NCBI GenBank assembly: GCA_050948825.1
Contig: JBMNEO010000009.1
Span: 68,887 to 132,886, forward strand
Length of the DNA: 64,000 nt
Reading direction: 5' to 3'
From: Dethiobacteria bacterium
Lineage (GTDB): Bacteria; Bacillota; Dethiobacteria; DTU022; UBA8154
Shown piece by piece: positions 43,861 through 52,638 of this stretch (its first letter is position 1; each line of letters begins with the position of its first letter). Made by a program: the position numbers and the translations under genes. The notes beneath the pieces are model-generated. The model made no database searches. It saw only the letters and a list, made by a program, of their open reading frames with translations, and was not told the DNA's origin.

Positions 43861-43960
43861 AGCCCGTTAATAAAGGACCGGCACCTAAAAGAAGTAAACA
43901 CAGCAAAAGAATCAACCATTGCAAGCTCCGGTGTTTACGCACGCCGATCACTCCTTTCAT
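43754..43960 (-). CDS. lipoprotein signal-peptide ORF (upstream part of the split MBL gene)
   Basis: MKGVIGVRKHRSLQWLILLLCLLLLGAGPLLTGC lipobox. It runs into the G8 tract (43841-43848) and then continues out of frame as low-complexity sequence. Confidence 0.45.
   Translation of the reverse strand: MKGVIGVRKHRSLQWLILLLCLLLLGAGPLLTGCGADRGGTGAGRRERRAGSSSKTGSIGRCRGQCRR
43841..43848 (-). other. homopolymeric G8 (C8 on the plus strand) tract at the frame break
   Basis: CCCCCCCC counted directly at 43841-43848. Confidence 0.95.
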
Positions 43961-44075
43961 CGTGCACTCAAATACAATCCAAAGCAATAATATTTCGGTT
44001 CACTTTGGTTCACTTGTTGTATTCGATAAAAACCCTGTTTTTTCCTGCTTATATTTCCTGCTTTATGTTTTTGAA

Positions 44076-45167
44076 TTAAAAGGGAAGATAGCTTACAGCC
44101 TGTTTGCCCATCTGCTCCCAGGCAGCCCGAAAAGAATCCTTTGCTGCTTTCCTGTTTGGTGATCCCCGCAGGGGATCGTTAAAATAAATATAATCCTGAT
44201 CATAGCCCGTGAGCAGTACAGCATGTTCCAGGTAAGTTATTTGCACAACGCCTTCAGAAGTCCGCCAGGTTTCAAATCTGGAAGCATCCAGCTCGGCATA
44301 AGTTGTATTCGCAACAACCCACACCGGAACATTGTAACTTAAAAAAACCTTGATATCTTTAAAGTCACACCCGGTTAAGTCAATCGTCTGCCCGGGTAAA
44401 TACTTATCCATCAACTTCTTTATCGGTCCATGGTATACCCCATAACCTGGTTCAGCACGAGAATACATATCTCCCACAAAACCACGGTAAGGATTTCCAA
44501 AAAAAGTATTGCCATTGATGTCGCGGTATAAAGCAGGTTCTTTTACTATTTCCCTTGCAAGGGTCATTTTATCCACAGCTACACCGGCATGCTGCAACAG
44601 CATAGCCAGGCTTGTTACCTCACAACCCCTCGGCAGCTCCGGATTTTGCCGTATATGGGGAGCTTCTATTAAGATGCTTTCTTTAAGTTCATGCGGATTT
44701 GCCACAAACCTATCCCTGGCAGCGGCATCCAGGCAGGGAAGGCCCTCTGCATCCGCGACAGACTGGAAGACAGATGAACAACTTTCCTTTGAACCATCCC
44801 TTGAGCCATCCTGGCCCGGCCCACATGGTAAAACCATAAAGCTGAAAATAAATAACGCGCAGAACATGCATACGGCCAGGAGTAGTCCGCGCAGGATAAA
44901 TTTTCTTCCGAAATTCTTTTTGGCGCGGGGTAAAGCCCCTCTTTGCAACCCGGCATCGCTTTTCACAGCAGCCTTTTTAAATTTGAGATTGGCTGCTTGT
45001 ATATTGTTTTTAAAAATATTCCTGTAGGGTTGATAGAGATACGGCAATTCCTTGCTTAATTCTAAACCCTTTTCCGCCTCCCTGATAGCTTCGGGATACC
45101 GCTTTTGCCGGTATAGCCAGATAAAACGATTATTTAATAGTTCCAGTTCATTTCTTGTTTTCTCCAT
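44076..45167 (-). CDS. C39-like cysteine peptidase domain protein (YvpB-like) with an N-terminal TM anchor
   Basis: RQNPELPRGCEVTSLAML (nucleophile Cys context) and the later HAVLLTGYD. One TM helix (LLLAVCMFCALFIFSFMVL). Confidence 0.7.
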   Translation of the reverse strand: MEKTRNELELLNNRFIWLYRQKRYPEAIREAEKGLELSKELPYLYQPYRNIFKNNIQAANLKFKKAAVKSDAGLQRGALPRAKKNFGRKFILRGLLLAVCMFCALFIFSFMVLPCGPGQDGSRDGSKESCSSVFQSVADAEGLPCLDAAARDRFVANPHELKESILIEAPHIRQNPELPRGCEVTSLAMLLQHAGVAVDKMTLAREIVKEPALYRDINGNTFFGNPYRGFVGDMYSRAEPGYGVYHGPIKKLMDKYLPGQTIDLTGCDFKDIKVFLSYNVPVWVVANTTYAELDASRFETWRTSEGVVQITYLEHAVLLTGYDQDYIYFNDPLRGSPNRKAAKDSFRAAWEQMGKQAVSYLPF

Positions 45168-45323
45168 TTTTTGTCTCCAGAAAATCAACAAATACTTGTG
45201 CTTATATCTTATATCGTCATTTATGCATAAAATAAAACATTATACTCCCCACAAAATAGAAAAATGCAACCAAGCAGTAACAATTACCTCATTCTAAAAT
45301 TACCTATTGAAGGGTATTCGGGC

Positions 45324-45349
45324 AAACAAAAACCCCGTTTTCGGGGTTT
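45324..45349 (-). terminator. rho-independent terminator after the VWA gene
   Basis: The minus strand reads AAACCCCG-aaaa-CGGGGTTT followed by TTGTTTG. Confidence 0.75.
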
Positions 45350-45427
45350 CCGGTAACAAATGAGTATTTTATCAAATTAATACTACATCGTTATTCAGTT
45401 ACACGTTCTTGAGCCCGACACTTCTCT

Positions 45428-46624
45428 TTATTTTTTAACTTTAAGCTTTTTAATCCCCTGTTCCAAACCTTCCAGGGTAAGCTCATACATCGGGAAAATT
45501 TCTTTAATCATCGCGATTGTATAAAAGCCGATAGTACGATCCCAGTAATATGAAGGTATAGGGTTTAACCAGATGGTATGTTCAAAATGATCGGCGATCC
45601 GTTTCATCCAAACTATACCCGGTTCTTCATTCATTACATCCCAATCAATAGCCCCGTTAACCATCAACATTTCACTGGGAGCCATACTGGCATCACCTAC
45701 AAAAACAACCTTATACTCCGGATCAAACAGCTGTAAGAAACTTTTAGTGTTTATTGAATTGGACTTACGGCAGGTCGGGTCCAGGTAAATATAATCATAG
45801 ATACAGTTGTGAAAGTACAAGAAACGCAGATCTTTAAAATGGCTGGCTCTATTCATGGCTGTAAAAAGCTGGCTGCAGATGCGCATATAGGGCATCATCG
45901 AACCGCCTGAATCCATAATCAGTAATACTTTGACAGTATTCTTGCGCCCGCGGGACCATACCAGTTGCAGTAACCCGCCTTTATCCCCTGTTTCCCGAAT
46001 GGTTTCATCGATGTCCAGTTCTTCTTTAGGTCCTTCTTCCTTGCTACTGAGCTGCCTCAGTTTGCGCAGCGCCACCTCAAACTGCCTGACTCCAATTGTT
46101 TCATCAGCACGAAAACCGCGATATTTTCGTTCTGCAGCAACCTTCACCGCTGATTTGTTAACAGACTCGCCCCCAATGCGGATTCCTGCAGGGTTATAAC
46201 CCGAATGCCCAAATCTGGACGTTCCACCGGTACCTATCCAGTTTCCCCCACCGTGATGCTCGCCCTTTTGTTCTTTAAGCCTCTCTTCCAGTTGCCTCCG
46301 CAGCTCATCGAGGTCCCATTCTTGAAACTGCTTGCGATCCTCGGATGATATGCGCAGCGGTGGCAGTGCATGTTCCAGCCACTTCATAACACGTTCGGTT
46401 AACTCCTGGGGTGTTTCAATTCCATAAAAATAATGCTGGAAAGCAAGATCATACCTGTCAAAGTAAGTTTCACTTTTCACCAGCACAGAACGCGCCAAGG
46501 TATAAAAACCATATAAGCTGGAAAACGCCATCCCGCGGCTCAGCGCTTCGACAAGGGTCATCCATTCATTGATAGATACGGGAACACCATAATTTCTCAG
46601 CAGATAAAAAAAGTTAATAAACAT
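45428..46624 (-). CDS. VWA-domain protein (CoxE-like), partner of the MoxR ATPase
   Basis: N-terminal FFYLLRNYGVPVS, typical of CoxE-like VWA proteins. MIDAS DSGGSM. Confidence 0.8.
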   Translation of the reverse strand: MFINFFYLLRNYGVPVSINEWMTLVEALSRGMAFSSLYGFYTLARSVLVKSETYFDRYDLAFQHYFYGIETPQELTERVMKWLEHALPPLRISSEDRKQFQEWDLDELRRQLEERLKEQKGEHHGGGNWIGTGGTSRFGHSGYNPAGIRIGGESVNKSAVKVAAERKYRGFRADETIGVRQFEVALRKLRQLSSKEEGPKEELDIDETIRETGDKGGLLQLVWSRGRKNTVKVLLIMDSGGSMMPYMRICSQLFTAMNRASHFKDLRFLYFHNCIYDYIYLDPTCRKSNSINTKSFLQLFDPEYKVVFVGDASMAPSEMLMVNGAIDWDVMNEEPGIVWMKRIADHFEHTIWLNPIPSYYWDRTIGFYTIAMIKEIFPMYELTLEGLEQGIKKLKVKK

Positions 46625-46632
46625 AATATCAC

Positions 46633-47535
46633 TTACCAGTTACGCATAAAACCGGGGGCAGGTGTTTTTTTCTGCGTGCCTTGGTTGTGCAGTCGCTGCA
46701 GTACAGCATTAAAATCACGGTCCTTCTTCAATAAAACACCGAGAAATGGCAGCTCTTTAGCTATTTTTTCAGGGCTGATGCCTCCAACCGTCAGGGCCTG
46801 CACCCAATCTAAAAGCTCGCTGGTGCTCGGTTTCTTTTGCAGCCCGGTAATACTGCGTACCCAATAAAAAGCTTTTAGAGCTTCGTTCAGCAACTGCTTC
46901 TCGAGATCCGGATAATGAACATTTACTATTGTTGACATCATTTTTTCATCAGGAAATTCAATATAATGGAAAATACACCTTCTTAAAAATGCATCAGGCA
47001 ATTCTTTTTCTGCATTGCTGGTAATAACAACGATTGGCCTGTGCTTGGCCGCTATCGTTTCACCGGTTTCCGCTATATCAAAACTCATAATATCCAGCTC
47101 CCAAAGCAAATCGTTGGGGAACTCAATGTCGGCTTTGTCAATTTCATCTATTAGTAGAACAACCTGTTCAGGTGAAATAAAAGCCTCACCCAGCTTGCCG
47201 AGCTTTATATAATGGCGAATATCGGAAACATCATGGTCACCGAATTGGCTGTCGTACAGCCTCTGCACAGTATCATAAATATAAAGGCCATCCTTAGCTT
47301 TCGTTGTTGACTTGATATTCCAAATAAATAACTTTTTATTCAATCCTTTGGCGATACTGCGCGCCAGCATTGTTTTGCCTGTTCCAGGTTCACCCTTAAT
47401 TAAAAGCGGTCTCCCCAGGGCGGCGGCAATATTTACACTGTTTTGCAAATCCTCTGAAGCAATATAATCATCGGTACCGGAAAAAAGGTTATGCACTTTA
47501 GGCAAAGTTATTCCTCCTACAATAATTTTCTTCAT
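46633..47535 (-). CDS. MoxR-like AAA+ ATPase
   Basis: Walker A GEPGTGKT and Walker B LLIDEIDKA. About 300 aa. It lies 8 nt upstream of the VWA gene. Confidence 0.85.
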   Translation of the reverse strand: MKKIIVGGITLPKVHNLFSGTDDYIASEDLQNSVNIAAALGRPLLIKGEPGTGKTMLARSIAKGLNKKLFIWNIKSTTKAKDGLYIYDTVQRLYDSQFGDHDVSDIRHYIKLGKLGEAFISPEQVVLLIDEIDKADIEFPNDLLWELDIMSFDIAETGETIAAKHRPIVVITSNAEKELPDAFLRRCIFHYIEFPDEKMMSTIVNVHYPDLEKQLLNEALKAFYWVRSITGLQKKPSTSELLDWVQALTVGGISPEKIAKELPFLGVLLKKDRDFNAVLQRLHNQGTQKKTPAPGFMRNW

Positions 47536-47611
47536 ATAATATTTTTTCCTATGCAATAAATTTCTATATCAAAGCTATTTTTCCTGCTTTTGCATAAAAA
47601 TAATCCTCTCT

Positions 47612-47676
47612 TGCGCACCGGGTGCGACACCGGGGACGGTCTCCCTGCGACACCGGGGACGGTTCTCCCTGTCGCA
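47612..47676. repeat. TGCGACACCGGGGACGG x2 plus GGGGACGGTTCTCCCTGTCGCA
   Basis: Units at 47623-47639 and 47646-47662, with the core continuing to 47676. Confidence 0.9.
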
Positions 47677-47772
47677 TTCAATGCCGGAATATAACCTTAA
47701 ATAAATCTCCGAAATACTGATAATACGAAAAGCCTTATTTCTTGCAATATTTATCTGATAGAAATTTGATAG

Positions 47773-47824
47773 TGCGACAACAAGAACCGTCCCCGGTGTC
47801 GCAGTCCCCGTCCCCGTGTCGCAT
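47773..47824. repeat. inverted-orientation partner cluster (AGAACCGTCCCCGGTGTCGCA, GTCCCCGTCCCCGTGTCGCA)
   Basis: Reverse complement of the 47.6-kb units. It abuts the NamZ-like stop codon. Confidence 0.9.
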
Positions 47825-49389
47825 TAATGGGCTGTGGTTATGGATACGATACGGGTAGTGGGATTCCAGTCAACCAGTGCGCCAAAATATTCACTTATAT
47901 AGCGAGCCGGCACCATTGTGCGGTTGTTTTTTAGTACCGGAACGGTATCCATTACTTTTTCCTCACCGTTCACAACTGCCAAAGAGCTGTTAATCCTGAA
48001 TAATACTAAATCTTCTTCCCGCATGATGGTCACGGTCCTTGAGGCTGAATCCCATCCCACTCCGGCGCCAAGAGCTTCTGTTACAAATCTCAGCGGAACG
48101 ATCAGCCTGTTATTAGTATCAATAAAAGGAGGCGAATCAAAATCTATCGAGCGGCCATCTACCAGCACCTTAATACCCTCGGTCTGCGGATCATAATCGG
48201 CTATGAGATATTTTTCTCTTTCTTCTTTAAACCTTTTCAACGCAGGGGCATAGTTCGCCTCGATCTGCTGCGGCGATAACCCCTCCTCCAGGTAAAGGCC
48301 AATTTTATTACTCCCCATTACTTTATCAAACATTACCATATCCTGCGGAGTCAGCCCGCCCTTTGGAACACGGAAATCACCAAGAGAAAATGCATACGCC
48401 AAAGCATATATTCCAGTCTTTGCAGGATTAAAGGTGTGATAATCAAAGATTTTCAGCCTTACGCCCCCTCCTTCCGGCCTTTCTTCCGGAATGAAATTAA
48501 CGCCTTCCAACCCTGCACCGTTGAGCAGTTCAGCATATTTTTTGGCATTGAGACCTTTTCCGCCGATCCACTTAAACCGATCTGCCTGGCGGACGCCTGT
48601 CCCCTCCCCCAGTCCGGTAGCCATATATCCAAAAAGGGAATCCAAATCCGGAATATTCGGCGACGTTGGAATCCACTCTAATCCGGTATCCTGGAATACC
48701 ATTTTCCTTTTATAACCTTCCATCGGTACAACAAATAATTCCGCCCCTATGTTGCGGTTAAAGAAATTCGCCAGTTCTCCTGCAGTCATCCCGTGAGCCA
48801 TGGGCAAAGTATCGACACCCACAAACGTTTTATAAGGTTCTTCCAGGACGGGGCCTTCTACGATCACACCTCCCAGGGGATTCGGCCTGTCGAGCACTAT
48901 TAAAGGCTTCCCATATTTCTCCGCCGCAACCATACAGTAGTTCAGTGTTGACATATATGTATAAGTTCTTGCTCCGATATCCTGCACATCAAAAAGGAGC
49001 ACGTCAACATCCTTTAACATCTCCTCTGTCGGCATACGGGTACTCCCATAAAGGCTGTAAACGGGAATCCCCAGCTGTGGGTGGAGATAGGATTCCACGT
49101 ACTCTCCTGCCCTTGCGGCTCCTTCAAGCCCGTGTTCCGGAGCGTACAACGCTACCAAACTGCTCGTTTTGTCGTTTGCGAGGATCTCAACAGTGCTCTC
49201 TCCCCGGCTGTTTACCCCACTCCGGTTCGTGACCAGCCCAACACTTTTCCCTTCAATTAAATAGTGATATTTGTTCATTAGCACTTCATTGCCGAGCTTA
49301 ATACGCGGCATTTCTGTTGAAAAAATCGGTTCTACAGGCAAAATTGCAAAAACCAGAAGCATGAAAAATACAGCAACCTTTTTTAGCAT
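47824..49389 (-). CDS. DUF1343/NamZ-like exo-beta-N-acetylmuramidase with a C-terminal copper-amine-oxidase-N-like domain
   Basis: Signal peptide, a DUF1343 body (GLVTNRSGVNS .. LFDVQDIGARTYTY .. LDRPNPLGG), and the C-terminal IVPLRFVTEALGAGVGWD / MVPARYISEYFGALVDWN repeats. Start at ATG 49389 after GAGGAG. Confidence 0.8.
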   Translation of the reverse strand: MLKKVAVFFMLLVFAILPVEPIFSTEMPRIKLGNEVLMNKYHYLIEGKSVGLVTNRSGVNSRGESTVEILANDKTSSLVALYAPEHGLEGAARAGEYVESYLHPQLGIPVYSLYGSTRMPTEEMLKDVDVLLFDVQDIGARTYTYMSTLNYCMVAAEKYGKPLIVLDRPNPLGGVIVEGPVLEEPYKTFVGVDTLPMAHGMTAGELANFFNRNIGAELFVVPMEGYKRKMVFQDTGLEWIPTSPNIPDLDSLFGYMATGLGEGTGVRQADRFKWIGGKGLNAKKYAELLNGAGLEGVNFIPEERPEGGGVRLKIFDYHTFNPAKTGIYALAYAFSLGDFRVPKGGLTPQDMVMFDKVMGSNKIGLYLEEGLSPQQIEANYAPALKRFKEEREKYLIADYDPQTEGIKVLVDGRSIDFDSPPFIDTNNRLIVPLRFVTEALGAGVGWDSASRTVTIMREEDLVLFRINSSLAVVNGEEKVMDTVPVLKNNRTMVPARYISEYFGALVDWNPTTRIVSITTAH

Positions 49390-49469
49390 AATACTTCTCC
49401 TCTCAGTTAAATTATATTGGGCAGAAAAAAATGAAAGAAAAATAATTAAATGAAAAACCATCCTGATAA

Positions 49470-49503
49470 TACTAATGACGTACCTGTTATTACTAATGAC
49501 GTA
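49470..49503. promoter_or_regulatory. direct repeat TACTAATGACGTA x2 (21-nt period) upstream of the NamZ-like gene
   Basis: Copies at 49470-49482 and 49491-49503, 81-114 nt upstream of ATG 49389. Confidence 0.3.
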
Positions 49504-49780
49504 TTAAGAGCACAATTAGTTCCGTACATAAAAAATGCCGTAAAACCCGACGGCAGGAAATTCATAGCAGGTGCTAAATAAAGCCCCCGAAGCAGGATAA
49601 ACGGTTGTATTTTCCGGGAAATAGAAACAATTCGACAAAATGATCAAAGAAAATTTTCCCAGGTTGGCTATTATTTATGCTTATTTATTCTGCAAAGGTT
49701 CCGGCCTTCCTGCTTCCATGAGCATTTATTTATCTGAAGCTCTACCGAAACCATCTCTACTGAATATTTTAATAATTTAA

Positions 49781-49822
49781 GGCCGGGTCTTACATCCATT
49801 TAAAACCAGCTGTAACCCGGCC
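49781..49822 (-). terminator. weak hairpin after the M20 peptidase gene
   Basis: GGCCGGGT / ACCCGGCC form an 8-bp stem with a long 26-nt loop. Confidence 0.3.
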
Positions 49823-49843
49823 CCGTTCTTTTTGACCTCTCCT

Positions 49844-51139
49844 TTATGATAAGTATTGTTTAGCCAGCGTCGTCAGGAACTCAGCTCTCAGGTGAAGGCT
49901 GGCCACATCTATCCTTTCATTTTTTCCGTGAACTGTATTTCTTGCTTCCGATTCAAACCCCCTTGCCATGTGACCAATTCCGTAAGCGGGAATACCGGCA
50001 TTTCGCAGGAACCTTGAATCCGTAGCTCCGGTAGAAATATGCGGCAGGCAGTTGATATCAGGCCCTGCGACTTCTTTAGTGGCATTTTCAATCAAGCGGT
50101 AATAATTCGATTGGGAAGTGGAAAAAGTAGGTGCCGCATAATTATTTACTTCTATTTCTATTTCATCGCCCAGATAACGCTGCAACTCCGAGAGGACATA
50201 TTCCTTATCCTGGCCGGGGAGAATTCTTATATCCACCTCTGCAGAACAGTCTTCAGGAACGACGTTGGTTTTACTGCCGCCTTCTATTATGTTGGGAGAT
50301 ACAGTCATACGTGTCATAGCCCGCAGGGTTTCTCTGAATCCCTTGTCCTCTTCAATGCAGTCTATCAAGCGATCCACGTTGTCTTCAGTCAACGGTTCAG
50401 TTATGCCTTTTATGTGCATTAGCTCCTTAATCAACAATGATACTTCCGGTATGAGCTTGATTTCCGCCTTGTGGTCAGCCAGTGCATTAAGCGCACGGAC
50501 CATTTTCACCACAGCGTTTTCTCCCAGGGTAGGAACAGACCCATGGCACGATTTTCCACGTGCTCGCAGCTTGCTCCATGCGGTTCCCTTTTCCCCAACC
50601 TGGATGAAGTAGATCATCTGCCCGTTAATTATAAGAGGCTCCTCTCCTCCCTCATTGACAGCAAAATCGGCACGTATTTTTCCCGGACAGTTCTCCATTA
50701 AGTACTTTACGCCGCAGGTGCCGCCTCTTTCCTCATCGGCAGTGGCAGCAAAAATCAGCGTACCGTTAAGAGGTGCAGCCTCCCTGGCAAGCCGCAGAAC
50801 TGCATGGATCTGGGCAGCCATCAACCCTTTACAGTCCAGCGCTCCCCGCCCGTAAACAACCCCGTTTTTAATTTCACCGGAAAACGGGTCAAAATCCCAG
50901 CCTTCGCCTGCAGGAACTACATCAGAATGGGAAAGGAAAAGCAGTTTTTTTGAACCTGAACCGAGCCTGGCAATAAAGTTGGCCCGATTTGTTTCGGATT
51001 CAATAATCTCATTGGAAATACCAGAACTATCAAAAAGCTCCTTCAGATACCCTGCTACTTTATTTTCGTTTCCCGGTGGATTTACTGTATTGAGACGGAT
51101 GAGATCGGCGAGAATACGTTCAGGGGTCAGGTTCACAGA
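49844..51139 (-). CDS. M20-family metallopeptidase (ArgE/DapE/CPG2-like)
   Basis: SHSDVVP, GRGALDCKG, ADEERGG. Start probably GTG 51139, 6 nt after AAGGAGTG. Confidence 0.85.
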   Translation of the reverse strand, partial: SVNLTPERILADLIRLNTVNPPGNENKVAGYLKELFDSSGISNEIIESETNRANFIARLGSGSKKLLFLSHSDVVPAGEGWDFDPFSGEIKNGVVYGRGALDCKGLMAAQIHAVLRLAREAAPLNGTLIFAATADEERGGTCGVKYLMENCPGKIRADFAVNEGGEEPLIINGQMIYFIQVGEKGTAWSKLRARGKSCHGSVPTLGENAVVKMVRALNALADHKAEIKLIPEVSLLIKELMHIKGITEPLTEDNVDRLIDCIEEDKGFRETLRAMTRMTVSPNIIEGGSKTNVVPEDCSAEVDIRILPGQDKEYVLSELQRYLGDEIEIEVNNYAAPTFSTSQSNYYRLIENATKEVAGPDINCLPHISTGATDSRFLRNAGIPAYGIGHMARGFESEARNTVHGKNERIDVASLHLRAEFLTTLAKQYLS

Positions 51140-51190
51140 TATCACTCCTTGCAACATTTTACCTTCATTTATTATTCAAAAATTTATTAT

Positions 51191-51228
51191 TCATGTAACA
51201 GACAATCATGTAACAGACATTCATGAAG
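51191..51228. promoter_or_regulatory. tandem TCATGTAACAGACA x2 plus a partial third copy upstream of the M20 gene
   Basis: Copies at 51191-51204 and 51206-51219, with TCATGAAG at 51221-51228. Confidence 0.3.
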
Positions 51229-51303
51229 CTGCATTTCAACATCAAAGATTGTAAATAGCACAACTCATTTACAAGGTAGAGACAATAATATCTTTTACCG
51301 CCT

Positions 51304-52638
51304 TTATGCCTTTATACCGGAATCCTGCGACACCACAACCGGGGGTTTCCTGATCAATAACAGCGATCCCGCCAGTCCAAGCAAGGAGATCACTGCAGCA
51401 ACAACAAAAGATAGCGTAAAGGCTCCCGTCAAGTCTTTGAGGTAACCCCCAACTGTCGGGCCAAACACCTGACCGATACCAAAAAAAAGGGTTACAAAAC
51501 CCACGCCCGCAGGAGCCAGATCGGGGCCTACATGATCCCCCGCAGCGGCAGCCATAATTGTTGGTATGCTCCAGGCACTCAAACCAAAGAGCACCGCAGA
51601 AAGGTAAAAAGCACCCATGGAGTTAAAAAAGGCAAAGATAGCATAGGAACATGCCAGAATAAGGTAAGCAAGTGCGGCGCCTTTATTCCTGCCCAAAACA
51701 TCGGAGATACCCCCCCAGATAACCCCGCAAAAAATACTCAGCCCCCCAACAAGGGCCCACATGGCACTGGCCCTGGCATCTGCTACTCCGGTCTCTATAA
51801 GAAAAGCTTTAAAAAAAGTCATGTAGATAACATAAGAAAAGCCGTACATGAAATATACGATGCCAATGTACCATACCTCTTTCATCCTGTAGACAAGGCT
51901 CCATTGCAGATTGCCGACATTCCTTTTTACAGGTGCTTCAGGTGCCCGGGGCGAAGGCTTATACTCCTCAGCACCAACCTGCTGCAAACCAAGATCGGCC
52001 GGCCTGTTCCTCAAAAAAATCCAGCAGAAAGCCGAGATAACAAGCACCGCCCCGCCGAGATAGTACCAGGCATAAGACCAGCCCCTTGTGCCATAGGCAA
52101 TAAGAATCAAGGGAACGATTATGCCGGAAATACATGTGCCGATACCGATACCTCCGGAAACAACGCCGGTGGCAAAACCCCTTTGTTTCATAGCAAACCA
52201 GGTTGACCCCAGGGCCATAGCGGGAACATATGCCCCACCATTTCCTATACCGGTCAGCAAACGCATTACCAGGGCAAACTCAAAAGTAGCAGCCATCCCC
52301 GTCAACAACATGGTGATACCCATCAGCAACAGCGATAGCGAGATAACAATCCTACTGCCGTACCTCGAAGCCAAAATTCCTCCGACAAGTGAAAAAATAA
52401 GATATCCCATTAAGTTACCGGATGCAAGCATACCGGCTTTTGTGAAGGTTATCCCCAGTCCTGCACACATTTCCGGAAGAATAAGTGTATAGGCCATTCT
52501 ACCAAAACCGTGTGCGCCAATAGTGGCAAGCATACCCGTTAAGACAACGATCCACCCATAATGGACTTTTCTGACTGCCCCCTGAGGATTAGCCAATATG
52601 GACTCACCTTCCTTTTTAATATGATTAGCTGCCATCAA
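51304..52638 (-). CDS. MFS transporter (12 TM)
   Basis: 444 aa, highly hydrophobic, with an MFS-type loop motif between TM2 and TM3 (GILASRYGSR). Confidence 0.85.
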   Translation of the reverse strand: MMAANHIKKEGESILANPQGAVRKVHYGWIVVLTGMLATIGAHGFGRMAYTLILPEMCAGLGITFTKAGMLASGNLMGYLIFSLVGGILASRYGSRIVISLSLLLMGITMLLTGMAATFEFALVMRLLTGIGNGGAYVPAMALGSTWFAMKQRGFATGVVSGGIGIGTCISGIIVPLILIAYGTRGWSYAWYYLGGAVLVISAFCWIFLRNRPADLGLQQVGAEEYKPSPRAPEAPVKRNVGNLQWSLVYRMKEVWYIGIVYFMYGFSYVIYMTFFKAFLIETGVADARASAMWALVGGLSIFCGVIWGGISDVLGRNKGAALAYLILACSYAIFAFFNSMGAFYLSAVLFGLSAWSIPTIMAAAAGDHVGPDLAPAGVGFVTLFFGIGQVFGPTVGGYLKDLTGAFTLSFVVAAVISLLGLAGSLLLIRKPPVVVSQDSGIKA

